From Octopus sinensis (Eukaryota), in the NCBI RefSeq assembly GCF_006345805.1, contig NC_043008.1, forward strand, positions 35,278,001 to 35,342,000: DNA of 64,000 nucleotides. The letters run 5' to 3'. Shown here one piece after another: positions 24,705 through 38,880 of this stretch. Made by a program: the position numbers and the translations under genes. Below the pieces are notes generated by a model, which was not told the origin of the DNA, did not search any database, and saw only the letters and a list, made by a program, of their open reading frames with translations. Numbering within the stretch: the first letter of the stretch is position 1; every line of letters starts with the position of its first letter.

Positions 24705-24741
24705 CCTTTCTGTAGAAGGGCGTAGACTCGAAACATCAAGG
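24705..24741 (+). ncRNA. Degenerate hammerhead-like motif in a pLTR fragment (about 24590-24835)
   Basis: CUUU-CUGUAGA-A-GGGC-GUAG-ACUC-GAAAC-AUC-AAGG. Downstream TTTCCTGAGCG.CA.ACTAATA is shared with the 19630 copy. Confidence 0.5.
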
Positions 24742-26336
24742 AGGCTTTCATTTTTCCTGAGCGTCAAACTAATATACTTCATTTTTTGTTCCCTCATCAA
24801 TCTCTGTCTTCTGTTCTTTGATTTTTGTACAAATTTGAACTATATATATATATATATATATATATGGAAGGATTAATAAGGGACAGGCAAAATAATTCTT
24901 AAGCTCTCTGTAGATAAAAATGCACTCAGCTAACAAAAGGACTAGTGATCGATATTGTACTTCATGCATTGTAACTTAGAGATAACAAAACAAAGTGTAA
25001 TATTAAGTATTCAATATTGAGCAATGTATCTCCCGAGGTCTTGGGAAAACTAGAAGTGAACGTTTTCCTAGAAGCGTCCTTGTCAGAGAATAATATGAAT
25101 AAAAGCAAGGACTGGCGGTAAGATATGAACATTTTTACGATAAAACCTTTAGATAATTCCCTCGATAATTAAAAGGATTTGATAACACACGCACCCCTTC
25201 CTAATCCAATAGCTTAGAGATAATGGATATTTGAATTAAATATTTGTCAATTTTCTTAACTGCTTCAAATATAGATTTCCTCTCCTAGTCCCTTCTCTCG
25301 ATTTATTTGAAAATAAAGAAGATATCCTTTTAAATTTATTTTACCCATTCCGTTTTTTTTTTCATTTCTATTTTCATCTTTACTTTGGTTCTATTACTTT
25401 TATTTTGCTTTGGTTTTATTTGATTTTGTTTTGGTTTTATCTTCCTCATTTAGTACGTGTGCCATTTACTCTACAACCTTATCTAAGAATCATATCTTAG
25501 CCTTAATATTGCTGCTGTACTAATGATACTTTGTCTTATAATTTAGGATTGTATGTACTCTTAGTCTTACTGCTATTTTACCTGCTATAGTTTATTTTAT
25601 AATCGCTGATTACTAGTGCTAAGTAGTTGTTAACTGTTTTGCACTTCTATGAATTCCTGGTAATTAATTAAACAGATTTTGACACTTCGGGTTTCAAATA
25701 ATTAGCAATACCAGAGATGCCTTTTGGTTTGTGTATTTTCAAACACTTCCCATTCACATCGTTTCTAAAATACAGTAGTAAATGCCAAAAGCCTACCACT
25801 GGTCCTACGCGGTTGTGGAGTATCAAATTTCTTTCCTGGATGTCAATACTATACGTCCTTGGTCAGTGAGAACAATATCTTAAAGTTGGTTGATAGAAAT
25901 AGGCGACTTCGTTCTCTGCAAATACCACACTGACCAAATTCTATCCTCTTTTCTTTTCTGTTTTTTCTTTGGCAATTGATTTGTTTTTGCTTTGCGGAAG
26001 ATAGAATTGTGTTGATGCTAGCCTATATTTTCAGTCGGTCAATCGACAATTGATAAAATGGAACCATGAACGCACCCAAATGCGATTCTGAAACAGCTGT
26101 AAGTCTGTAATAAATAAACTTATATAATCCATTATGTCTGTCTAATGTATATGTGTGTGTGCGTGCGTGTGAGTGTGTGTGAATGTGCCCTTGTGTTTGT
26201 CCTCCACAATCACTTCACACCTGGTGTAGTTTTGTTTACACCTCTGTAACTTAACAGTTCGGCAATAGAAACTGATAGAATAAGTACCAGACTAATCATC
26301 GTATTCCAATTTCCTTCACTTTTCAATGAATAGCAG

Positions 26337-26398
26337 ATGAGCGACTATCTTTTGATGCAGACACAACACCGGCTACGCTTTCAGGCTTTTTGGATAAA
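26337..26398 (+). CDS. Candidate 62-nt internal host exon (unverified)
   Basis: Pyrimidine-rich tract, then TAGCAG acceptor, open frame (D)ERLSFDADTTPATLSGFLDK, donor GTAGGT. No neighbouring exons identified. Confidence 0.25.
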
Positions 26399-27069
26399 GT
26401 AGGTTTACTATTAAATCCGTGAAATATTCACGGGTCTCTCTAGTAATACCATTAACTATTTAGAACTCGACCGCGGCTGTTCCACTTCTATACCAACATC
26501 TTCGATCCAATGCATAGCCTTCAGTTTCCTTTTCTTATTTGATCGCTTTGTTTAAGCCAAACACTTATTTATTAATCAAACGTGTAGATCTCACACAAAC
26601 ACCACATCCCTACGTCACAAAATCGAAACAGTCACCACTCTCGGCAAAACACACCCATTTTCACCTTATCAATGACCCACTAACTGTACTCCATCGAAGA
26701 CGACGTCTAGTCCAGCTCATTGTACACCACTATCACATGCACCAACCACAAACAACCAAGCAATGAGTGAATAAATAAATAAATAAATAGATAAATAAAT
26801 AGAAAACGAAAGAAAGGAGGAAATAAAGAAAGAACGCAAGAAATAAAAAAAGAAATACGTGGTTGAGGGCGTACAAATCTAACGATCCAAGTATTTTAAT
26901 TATGGTGATTCTATTTATTCTTCAGAGAAAAATCTTCATTCATATAAACACTAGCGAAATATAGCCATAATCACACACACATACAGATACTTAAATACTT
27001 GAATGTATGGACACATATTTATAAACATGCACACACACGCGCGCACACAAACGCACAAACACTCACATA

Positions 27070-27100
<31 letters not shown>

Positions 27101-27813
27101 ATATGAGTGTATATCTATATGTATGTATATGTATGTATGTATGTTTATATATATATATATATACATATATAATACATAAACATGTGTCTATATATATATA
27201 TATATATATACATCGGTGTATACATCGGTGTTTGTTAGAGTACTTGTGTATATGTGCATATGTGTCTGTTTGCGTGCGTGTGTCCGTGTATACGTGTGTA
27301 TAAAAGGCAATAACGATATTATCCAAACCTTACGTCCCGGAAATAAGTGACCAGGATGGCAGGAAGTTATTACTGTATTATGAGGTTATATTCCACAGAA
27401 ATGTCATACAAACACTTCAGTTCTTCGACAAAACATTCCCGCTTTTGCTCTAGTTTTTTCTCTTTCGGTTGCAATCAATCAAAAAAAGAAGTTGGTAGGC
27501 TACACATTTACGAATTTCTTCAGCATCGTTACGTTTTGGAGACTCAATATTTGATGGTCAATTCATCATGTGGATCCTGTGGATAAATTGATGTTGGCCT
27601 ATGTCGCAGCTTCACAACGTGCCGGCATCTAAACTTCAGTATTTGCTTGCATTTATCTCTATACTGAGTGTGCATGTACATAAGTGTGTGTATATTTGTA
27701 TTATATATTTATGTGTGTCTGTGTGCAGGTGTGTGTATGTGTATGTATGTATGTATGTATGTATGTATGTATGTATGTATGTATGTATGTATGTATGTAT
27801 GTATGTATGTATG

Positions 27814-27845
<32 letters not shown>

Positions 27846-27874
27846 ATATATTATATATATATATATATATATCA

Positions 27875-28117
27875 CCGTGATCACCGTGACCGACCAGGTC
27901 ACAATGTGCTTGGAATTGTTTTAGCCTTCAAATGACGCCACCCCGCTGGCTAAGCGAGCAGCCAACAGAAGAAAGAGTGAGAGAAAGTTGCGGCGAAAGA
28001 GTACAGCAGGGATCGCCACAACCCCCTGCCGGAGCCTCGTGGAGCTTTAGGTGTTTTCGCTCAATAAACATTCTCAACGCCCGGTCTGGGAACCGAAACC
28101 ACGTTCCTACAACCACC
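27875..28117 (-). mobile_element. tRNA-derived SINE family C, truncated in the head
   Basis: Shares GAAAGAGTACAGCAGGGATC...CGCCCGGTCTGGGAA with 35037-35197. The 3' tail is a tandem (CACGGTGAT)2. Confidence 0.75.
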
Positions 28118-28157
28118 TCCATATATATGTGCGTGTGTGTGTTTGTATATATATATA

Positions 28158-28545
28158 TACTCTTACTCTTTACTCATTTGACTGCGGCCATGCTGGAGCA
28201 CCGCCTTTAGTCGAGCAAATCGACCCCGGGACTTATTCTTTGTAAGCCCAGTACTTATTCTATCGGCCTCTTTTGCCGAACCGCTAAGTGATGGGGACGT
28301 AAACACACCAGCATCGGTTGTCAAACAATGCTAGGGGGACAAACACAGACACACATACATATATATATATATATATACACATATACGACAGGCTTCTTTC
28401 AGTTTCCGTCTACCAAATCCACTCACAAGGCATTGGTCGGCCCGGGGCTATAGCAGGAATCACTTGCCCAAGATGCCACGCAGTGGGGCTGAACCCGGAA
28501 CCATGTGGCTGGTTAGCAAGCTACTTACCACACAGCTACTCCTCG
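28158..28545 (-). mobile_element. Near full-length SINE family A
   Basis: Reverse complement matches the head, body and tail of 5112-5892. Confidence 0.88.
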
Positions 28546-28949
28546 TACTGTTAGCGTTCCGTATTTCAGTCGAGTGTGTTAGTATTAATGTGGTAACATC
28601 GTAGATTTCGTCTTGGTATATGTTTGGCTGAAGAAGGTAAAGCAAAATATGGGTGAGAGACATATCTTGCAAAACCTGAAACCTGCAGGTACCACATTAT
28701 CCATTTTCCGGGTGTTTCATCTTTCAGATGTTCTCCCTGGAGGTAAGACGGTTTTTTTCTCTATTTTGTTGCACACACGCATTTTTGCTAATACATACGC
28801 GGTGAAGCTACACATTAGCGTCGTATTTTTACGTTCGCTATTTCCAGTAAATATCGGTACTTAGTTGTGCCATTTATTTACTAATTTGTATATATATATA
28901 ATATATATATATATATATTATATATATATATATATATATAATATATATA

Positions 28950-30160
28950 TGAGTGTGGGCTGAGAGGATCATAGGCTGACGATGAAAATTGAAAGTGTGA
29001 TGCTAGAGTTGAGCAATCTTCCATGCGTTAATTTCAAATCTTATTAATAACTGCATTGTTTTGTTTTTATTTCCTGGTACACTGACATTTCACTGTTAAA
29101 AGAAGACTTCAAATGTAAGTAGTAGTAACTTCCCTTGAAAATCGACAAAATTTGGCATTGTAGTGTTATTAAGTACCTGCAGAAAAAAGGGTTTAGCCCC
29201 CCCAAGGACATTCATGCTGATATGGTTGCTACATTAGGGCATGAAACTCCAGCTTTTTCAACTGTACAAAAGCGAACAGCTGAATATAGGAGGAATGAGT
29301 CTAGAAGATGACTTAAGGTATCTGGACGTCCTGAAACTGCTACCAACGAAGAAAATATTGATCGTGCTAACCACATGGTGACTATAAAACACATGATTGA
29401 CTATAAAACAAATAACCAATGCTATTAGCTTATCCTGTGAGGGAGTTGAGAATATTTTGTACAATGAACATGGCACGATGAAGTTTTCTGCTCGGTGGGA
29501 GCCACGTCTGCTGACACCTGATCAAAGGTGCACCAGACTGATCACAAGACGGGAAATTCTGACATTGTTTGACACAAATCCAGCTGGCTTCATTGAATAT
29601 TTCCTAACTCAAAATGAAGGCTGTTTCCATCACTTTGAGCAAGGGACAAAGAGACAATCCATGCAGTGAAAACTCCCCTCCTCACCTACTCCGAAAGAGG
29701 CTGAGGTTGTTTTATTTGCAGGTTGTTGATGGTCTCAATCTTTTTGAATGCAAAAGACTTTGTGTTTATTGACCATCTTCAAAAGGGCCACACCAAAAAT
29801 GGAGAGTACAATGCCAACTTGCCGAGGCGGCTACAAAATGTCATTGATACCAAACGAATCAGAAAACTGACGAAAGTAGTATGTGACTGTGGCTTGGAAC
29901 TGGTTGATGACCCCAACTCACCTGATTTCATCCAAACATGATAAAAAAAACTTGGCAGAGAAACAGTATGGCTGTGATGATGACGTCATATCTACTGTTG
30001 CTATTAATTACTTTTGAAGTGTTCATTGAACAGGCTGATGTCAATTTACCTGGAAGGTAACAAAGCAGTGATTAATAAGAGTATTTGAAATTAATGCAAG
30101 AATTCACAGGTTTCGCATCACTCCTTCCTAGTAGGCCACTGAATTTTTCAACTCCATCCG
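28950..30160 (+). mobile_element. Decayed mariner (DD34D, irritans/Himar-like) inserted in a TA tract
   Basis: Remnants DKIWH.SVIKYLQKKG, SGRPETAT.EENID, KFSARWEPRLLTPDQ, HHFEQ.TKRQSMQW, FIDHLQKGHT.NGEY.ANL. The HQDNA segment is deleted. Degenerate TIRs are flanked by TA. Confidence 0.88.
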
Positions 30161-30285
30161 TATATGTATATATATATATATATGCCATGATTCGGAGCAA
30201 AACAAATCAATGTATGCATGTATGTATGTATGTATGTATGTTGTATGTATGTATGTATGTATGTATGTATATGTATATGTGTGTG

Positions 30286-30317
<32 letters not shown>

Positions 30318-30329
30318 TGTATGTATGTA

Positions 30330-30541
30330 TAAGTTTGCTTCCCGATTTAATCCCACTGTATGCTACCTTGGGCAAGTATCTTCTACTATAACCACGCACC
30401 GGCCAAACCCTTGAGAGTGGATTTAGTAGACGTAGACTGAAAGAAGCTTGCCGTATATGTGTGTGTGCGTGCGCGTCTTTGTGTCTGTGATTTCTCCCAC
30501 CAGCCTTGACAAACGTGTTGATGTGTTTACACCCCGTAACT
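30330..30541 (+). mobile_element. Degraded SINE family A
   Basis: ACCTTGGGCAAGTATCTTCTACTATA...CTGAAAGAAGC..., internal TG tract, TGTTTACACCCCGTAACT. Confidence 0.75.
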
Positions 30542-30629
30542 GCATACAGATAGTCATAAGTATGTACATGCATATATACACATGCACATATATACATGCA
30601 TACATACCTACACAATATATCTATCTACG

Positions 30630-30688
<59 letters not shown>

Positions 30689-30762
30689 ATATATATATAC
30701 ATATACATACATACATACATACATACATACATACATACATACATACATAATACATACATACA

Positions 30763-30800
<38 letters not shown>

Positions 30801-32409
30801 TGTGTCAATGACCTATAATCCATAAAAGGAACGCTAGCATCCTAGTTCTCCAGTTTATTATAGTGTTCAGTGAAAGCTAAATATATTAGTTTCGCATTGA
30901 TATATATAGGTATTTAAAATATTTATGACGGAGAAAAGGAAGAAAATGTAGAAATTGCCATGCTGATATCAGTTTATTCAAAGGCATTAAAAAATCATAT
31001 AAAGAAATTCCTGTCCTACAGCCGTGTCCATATCCAATTAGTTCAATTACAGAAATTAATTTAATTTAATTTAATTTAAATTAAATTCCATATTGAAACT
31101 GGTTAATTGGATATTTCATCAGGAGAAAATTTTTCCAAAAGGGAGTTATATTTCAACGTGTTGGTTGACCTACGACAGACTCAGATGTCTGCATTTTTGA
31201 ATGTGTGCGTTGTTTGAAAAAAAAACCGTTATTTTCATATATATACATATAAACAAATACGTTTGATATATTTGTGCGCGTGCATATGTAATACATGATG
31301 GTTTTTATTAGTGGTGGTGGTGGTGTGTTAGTTAAGGCGAAATAGATGTCATAGGGAGAGAGAGAGAGAGGTGAGAGTGGTAGCATTCATCAAGTAGTTG
31401 TGCATGCGTTCGTTAAAAATACTGAAGACAACAAAAAATATGACGTATCAAAACTGTTAGTTAATTACCATATAATAGTGTTGCGTCATCAATACTTGTG
31501 CATAAATCTACGGTCAATATAAACTTTGTAAACAAAAGCAAAACCTGAACATTACCAGACGCTGTTTATAGATAATTTATATTAAAACTAAGTGCATTAA
31601 AGTTGTAATTACTATTAAGATAGCATGTTTTATCTCAAATATAGTTTTATAAGTTATTATAAGAATTTCAACGGTATATTTATGAAAAACTTACTTAATT
31701 GAATTTATAGTAAAATACCAATACATTGCCACGTTTGGAAGACTTCACGTCCGTCTATGCCATTTAATTAATATATTATATTATTTTACATTAAATTATA
31801 TTATATTATACATATTTTTCATCAACATTACATCTACTAACCATTTTTAACGCTTATCATCAATGATAATTATATTTGATGGTAGTTTCTAAGAGTCTAT
31901 TTACATGCATAAACACATGAAAAACCAGTCTATATTTTAGCATTTAAGAGACGTCTCCTAGAATATGAGATCAAGAATAATTCTTCTTAGAGTTTCCATG
32001 CTTATTAGCAGTTGCCTTGCTTATAATGTCCCACTCTACAGAAAAACTTTTTTCTTATCTTTCGAGTTCCAAATAAATTTACTGAGGCTGGTAGAAGATC
32101 TGTTCCTATTATTAAAGGTGTATATATGGTTAGAGATGCGTTTCTTAACAAAATTGTGCATAGCCCCTTACATCTGTAAACGTCATTCTTTAAAATAAAC
32201 ATTGACTTCTAACTTGTTTTATTACTGTTTCATATCATTACATTCAGTTTAATTACTATTTGCCATTTTATCTACATTCAAGAGATTGGGATGGGATTTG
32301 ACACGTGTTGTTTCCCCTTGTACATTAGATGCTTCAAATTTACTTTCATTCCTAGCATTTATTACATCAATATTACTGTTATTGCGTTACTCGTCGTCAT
32401 CGTGGACGG

Positions 32410-32790
32410 CGCCGGCGTTTTATCGTCTGTCCGATAATTTATTTGGCTTCTTCTTGACCACTTCTTCCTCTTTGTCTATGTTTATGCCTCTGATGACTAA
32501 TAAGACCGATTCTTGAACAGAAGGGTCTGTTGCAAGGTTCACACGGGATCCGTGGTGGAGGCTTTGGTTGCTGCAGCCTCCATTTTCTTTCTCATCGTTT
32601 CTCATCCTCTTTCCTCTGTCGTTCAGCTTCAAAATGATTTGCTACAGGGGAGATGGGATGATGTCAGCACGGCCTGTTCTGAGCTTCAAGTCCCAAGTTT
32701 TAGGATTGATTCCAGTCAGTTTTAGGCTTTGCTTTAGCTGATCCTTGTATCGATAGAGGGGACGGCCACGGAGTATTCTTCCAGTCGAAA
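32410..32790 (-). mobile_element. RTE-clade LINE 3' end
   Basis: GRPLYRYKDQLKQSLKLTGINPKTW / AQNR..FEAER..EKR.ERK..CEPCNRPFCSRIGLISHQRHKH (C-terminal C2H2 of RTE ORFs), with a frameshift and stops. Confidence 0.88.
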
Positions 32791-34817
32791 GTACACTAAA
32801 TAAAATTTATATGGTGCGTTTACTACTATTACAATTATAAAAAAATTGATCATTTTCTTTTGTTAATTGAAGATATAACCTGGCATAAATTATTAGATAC
32901 GGAATAATCAATTCTAAGAAGCCTAGGGTTAATAATATCATATTATCTATTTTCCTTTGTAAAATGTTTAGAGAAAAGTTTATAAAAGGTTCCAACCAAA
33001 TTACCCTTAATTTTTAGCGAATGGAACTATGAACCAAACAGTGTCATTTTTACCAGGAAATGCATTATAATTTTCAAATATTCGTGCATTATTAAATAAT
33101 GTTTGTTTTTTATCCCGTCATTAGCACTTCTGATGGCATGGGGACGATTAGAAGAACGAAGTGATACATTGGTTCTCATATTTTGTATATCATTTTTCAC
33201 ATTTGGAAATTTAACTTTACCTACCCTATGCCTATTTCTGTTCCTGGTTATTTTGTTTAAAATCTTTGTTAATATAGAAAAGATCTATGTTGGTGGTGTT
33301 GACGGCCATATTCTTAGGATAATATTTCAATTTTTGTTTGTATCCAGCTTTACTAAGTGCCACATTATAATAGTTGGTATTTTTATTAAAAATATCCTTA
33401 TTAGATGATAAATTAGAAATTCTTTTAGAAATATTATAAAATAAAGAGTCTTTTACAGAATCAGGATGATTACTTTCTATATTTATACCTTTAAGATTGG
33501 AGTTGGGCTTGTGGTATACACACCGCGCGCGCGCACGCTTCAGACCATGCAGATCTGAAACGGGACTAAATAGTCCTCTGAGGAGTCATGGGCGGAAAGT
33601 CATAAATGCAATTGACAACGATGATGTACAAGGAAATGGCAATCATCTGTGTATTTGGAGCAGTTACCATGCACGTATGTAAAATAAACTTGATGCCAGC
33701 TCAAATATGTTTTAAAGATATTGGAACCTGCAAAAATACTTTATCATGGAAAAATATTCTGACTGGAGACAAAAAGGCATAAAACTGTGACCAGTTCCGA
33801 GCCCTTCCTATTGGACTAGTAGAGACATGTGCTTCGAAATAATTATCTTTTCATTGAAACCAAATACCAAAGAGAGACAATTCTAAGCTAGGAAACTGAG
33901 TTTCTTTGATAAAATATATAAAAAAAATATTGGTTTGTGACTGGTCAGTGCAACTTCATCTTTTTTTAAAATTACAGAGAAAATTTCTCTTGTATGGAGT
34001 GAATGGGAAGTAGGATTATTTATGCAACGACCAATATATCCATGTCCACAAAAAACTTCGTTTGGTCTCGCATTCCTGACTTCCATGCACAACAATAAGG
34101 TATCATTCTACAGAAACTTGACTGCTATTTCCAGCTGAGTAATCCACTGCGTATCGATTCTTCGCATACATACACGCACGCAAACTTACACAAGACGAGC
34201 TTCTTTCAGTTTCTTTCAACCAAATTTCTTCACAGAGCATTGACAGATCCATGATTATTGTAGAAGACGTTTGCCTAAGGTTCCATGCAGTGAGGTTGAA
34301 ACCGAAAACTCATGCAATTACGATGCTAAGACTACACAATGCTAAGACTACACAAGCATGTCTGCAAAGAATTGAATACATTGAAGGTTGTCTGTAAATA
34401 TTGTGGTTTTGTGTTTGGTGTCCTGCCAACAGTTCCAGAGCTGATAAGAAAAGTAGAGGAGTCTTTAGTGATAAATATACTTTTGTATGAGGAATCAAAT
34501 GGATTAGATTCTTCTGAGAGAAGATATTTGCTTGCTGTAGATTCGATAGATTCCCTTATTTGTTGAATCTTTTGTTCAAAGTGAAGTGAAGTTAAAAGCA
34601 CTTTCTAGAAATAAATCTGCTCTATTCTACGATCTTCTATAACTATTCTACATTCAATTCAGTCGTAATATGCTAATCAGTGAAACATCTTGTTATGAAA
34701 CGTTTTCAATATTACGCATTATGCGCCGTAGTTGTAATTTCTATGGCAAAAAGAAACGACGCTTCAAGCAACTGTATATAATAGCGCTTTTGCTTGTACA
34801 TCCAAAAGCATGGCTAT

Positions 34818-34859
<42 letters not shown>

Positions 34860-35036
34860 TTATATATATATATGGTGTGTGTGTGTGTGTGTGTGTGTGT
34901 TTGTGTCTGCGTATGTATATCTACACATCCACACACAGACACAGACACATATACACACGCACACACGCACACACACACAAAGACATATTTTTTTTTTTTT
35001 TTTTTTTTGTACTTGCTGGAGCACCGCCTTTAGAGT

Positions 35037-35197
35037 GGTGAAAGAGTACAGCAGGGATCACCACCTCCTGCCGGAGCCTCGTGGAGATTTTAGGTGTTTT
35101 TTTCGCTCAATAAACACACACAACGCCCGGTCTGGGAATCGAAACCGCGATCCTCCGACCGCAAGTCCGCTGCCCTAACCACTAGGCCATTGCGCCT
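35037..35197 (-). mobile_element. SINE family C 5' half with intact tRNA-like head
   Basis: AGGCGCAATGGCCTAGTGGTTAGGGCAGCGGAC...GGTTTCGATTCCC (A-box and B-box). Abuts a family A tail fragment at 35011-35036. Confidence 0.82.
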
Positions 35198-35685
35198 ATA
35201 TATATATATATATATATAGTTATATATATATATATGTAATCGTCATAAGAATTCATAAAATTCGACAGATGTAAAATAGTTCTTTTTAGGAAAGCTGAAT
35301 CTCAAAAATGGATAAAGATATAAATAAGAGCGTATAAATATTTTGCTAAAAAAAAACTCTTTCAGAAGAGGTAGTTGAAGGCTACCTGTGGGACACGAAT
35401 CTGTTAACACTACGGGCGTTCTACCAATCGACCAAAATAAACTGAAGAACCACCTTGATGAAGTGTAGTCGGACAGATCAACCTCCCAGGAATTATTTTT
35501 ATGTCTGGTATCTATTGTATCGGCCTTTTCGTCAAACCGCTAAGTCATTGGAATGTAAACAACCTAACATCCGTTGTCAAGAGGTGACTGGGGACAGTAA
35601 ACACAGAGACATATATATATGTATACACAAGTAAAACAATAAAAAACTATGCCATTTTAATTCCGAGCAACGCCGGGTATCTCTG

Positions 35686-35721
<36 letters not shown>

Positions 35722-36008
35722 CATATATACATCTATACCTATACATCTATATATATATATATATATACATATATATACATGCATATACATATATATATAT
35801 ACATTATATACACATATATATACACATACATACATGCATAGATATATTTAGTTATATATACACACATATATACATATATATAGATATATATATATATACA
35901 TATGTACAAATAAATCGATATATATGCAAGTATATATATATACATTATATATATATATATATGTGGTGTGTGTGTGTGTAGTGCATGTGCATACATACAT
36001 GCATACAT

Positions 36009-36039
<31 letters not shown>

Positions 36040-36835
36040 TAGATCGATAATATATATATATATATATAAGAAGTCCGTCGTATAATATATATATATATAT
36101 ATAATATACGAGACGGGCTTCTTTCAGCTTCCATTTACCAATCCATTCATAAGGCTTTGGTCACCTGATCATTTGTCCAAAGAGCCGTGCAGTTGAAATG
36201 AACCCAAGACCATATGGTTAGGAAAAATATTTCTTACTAAATAGCCCTACATGCACCTATTTTTGAATGCCTCCCAATATATCTTCAGATTTCTGTATCA
36301 GAGATGATGAAGAAGGAAAATATATTGAAAATTTTCAAATCTCAAATCTCTTTCCTTTCATCTTGACCTCCATATCTTCTCAATATCGTTTCAGCAACCA
36401 CTGGTAAATTTTGATTGATTTTTAAAATTTATCTATGCATACATAGATAAATGCACACGTACATAGATATCGACACAGACACACTCACGTATTTATATGT
36501 ATAACAACAACGACGACAACAACAACACCAACTACTACTACTACTACTATTGCTACTACAGCAGCAGCATATAATTAACACACCACATACAATACTCGAG
36601 TCCTACACCTTCCCCACATCTTTTAAAGGCAAAAATTAGAAACAAGTTTGATACAAAGGAAAGGAGAGACTACCAATGCATATACATACATACATACATA
36701 CATACATACATACATACATACATACATACATACATACACATATCGTCTGTAAAAAACCAATACGGCAGAAGCAGCACACTAAGATATAGAGCAATATATA
36801 TTATAAATGGCTAAATCCTTAAATATATTTTAATA

Positions 36836-37040
36836 TCTATATATATAAAGCTGAAGTTGTCTGTGTGTGTCGCAGGTTTGGTAGACTTCAAATAACACTA
36901 TCTCCTCCGAGACTCTGCGGCGCAAGTTGACCAAAATTGAGAGTATGATAGAAGAAGGCTTGCTCTTCATTCCGTAGAAGAAACAATTCAAATCGGACCA
37001 TGTTAAGACCAAAAATTATTTACTTCAAAAAGGTTCTTTT
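36836..37040 (+). mobile_element. Helitron-like 5' terminus; 3' end not located
   Basis: A|TCTATATATATAAAGCTGAAGTTGTCTGTGTGTG, similar to the Helitron starts at 46924 and 45104. Confidence 0.5.
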
Positions 37041-37557
37041 TTTTTCTATGAAAATCCCTATTTTTTGTGAAAATGGAGACTTGTTCATCCTCAAAATTTA
37101 TTTCCTTTTATTTTACAGTATGAGAGGGTGAAAATATTACGCAAATATAGGAAGATTCTTTTTGTGCATACACGTAAGTATATGCATATATACATATATA
37201 AATGTATATTCCAGATCCTCTTTAAACCTCCAGAGTTTCCAAAATTATCGTAGAGTTTCCGCGAATATCGCAAGTAAAGAATAATATTCTGAATGGAAAA
37301 ACTTATAAAGCAATCTAACATAAATAAAAGACGGCACGGAATTTCAGAATCAGTGAATATTTCCCCGAATCTATTTTTCAATTTGTAACTATTTTCGGTA
37401 ATTTCTTCCAATTTCAGTGTGTTAAAAATTGGAGATTAGGCAATTCAACCTTTTGCATATTTGAATTTTTCCCCACTTAACTCCGCAAATCCACGCTCAC
37501 TTTCGGGGTTTGAATATTTTTATTTATTTATGCAAATATAAATAAAAGTTCACTTCG

Positions 37558-37592
<35 letters not shown>

Positions 37593-37748
37593 CTATTTCT
37601 GACTTTCATATAACAACACACACACACACACATACGTATGTGTATCATATAGGCATACTACATATATAAATACATATACACATACATATACACCCACCCA
37701 CACACCTATAAATTCATACATTCTCTCTCTCTCTCTCTCTCTCTCTCC

Positions 37749-37783
<35 letters not shown>

Positions 37784-38554
37784 AATAAATGGAGTTGAAC
37801 GAAGATGTTAATAAAATTCCTTTACCTTCGACATATGTTTCGAAGACAACATGGTTTTATTCCAAAGGAATAAACGGTGTAAGATGCAATCTTCTCATCA
37901 GGAAAGAAAGGGAACCTCTCTCACCAACAAGACAATATAATAATTACGGTGACTGCCTACATGATAAACAAAATGTTAATGTGTTTTAAAAAAACCGTTA
38001 GTAGAATTGACGTCAAAGCTAGATAGTAGGAACAGAAGGGTTAAAGGAATAATGAATAGGGAACAAATAGAGAGGGAGGGGTACGTTGATTAAAAGAATG
38101 TTCAAAGGCTTTGGAAAGGATTTCTCTATTGAAGTGAAATGCACGTTAAACTAATTGTTCAAACTATAATGACTATCGAAATCATTTATATGAGTAAAAT
38201 GTATGTTTCTGCCAGTATACGATTTCTCTATAAGTGTGTTTACAAAGGGATCCTTAGAGAAGAGAATATGGAAGAGTTCAGAGTTGCAAATGTTACAAAA
38301 TCTCCTGCCCTTATCAAAAGGAAAGGATACAGACAGTATGAATCATTCTAACTTAAAATCTATATTGTTGTCTTTAAGACGCCAAACTAATTTACTTAGC
38401 CCTGTATTATGTCGTTTTTTACTATCCCTAAATGATGAATAATGGTTTGAAATTCCCTTGGATAACTGGGAAGTGGACGCACCTATATAGAAGAAGACAT
38501 CGGTACCGGAAGAAATTTTACACTGGTATATAGAATTCTTAATCTTAGAATATG

Positions 38555-38625
<71 letters not shown>

Positions 38626-38629
38626 ATAA

Positions 38630-38880
38630 TCAGAGATAATTAAGATTCAGTTGAATAAGGCACTTAAGTTGATGCAACAAGCCAGTCCGGTATTATCCGC
38701 ACAGCTCGAAATAAGGTGAATAAAAAGCAACTAAGTAACAAGATGTCAAGGTATTAATTCAATACGGCCGTTTCAGGCGGCTCCATTTAATCGAAAAATG
38801 CAGGCATTACATCAGTTTGAAATACAGCGCCATCTTGAGTTGAAAAATATTAATTATAATATACTATTATAATTTTAAGC
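38630..38880 (-). mobile_element. Non-palindromic copy of the repeat family that forms the 53569 palindrome
   Basis: Collinear with 53465-53658. Minus strand has CTGATGT...GAAAC-GGCC-GTA (38815-38763). Confidence 0.6.

Noticed and set aside
33550-33605. CTGAGGA...GGAAAGTC hammerhead-like string
   Set aside because: There is an extra G before AAA, no stem III and no stem I partner. Probably chance.
35663-35689. Helitron-like 3' end (CCGAGCAACGCCGGG...CTAA)
   Set aside because: No matching 5' end upstream, and it lies on the wrong side of the 36836 start. It is an orphan fragment at most.
38200-38380. Possible ancient LINE RT fragment (FRVANVT, KGKD..SNLKSILL)
   Set aside because: Similarity to the W..A.V.P..K..NYRPISL region is suggestive but too weak to call without a search.
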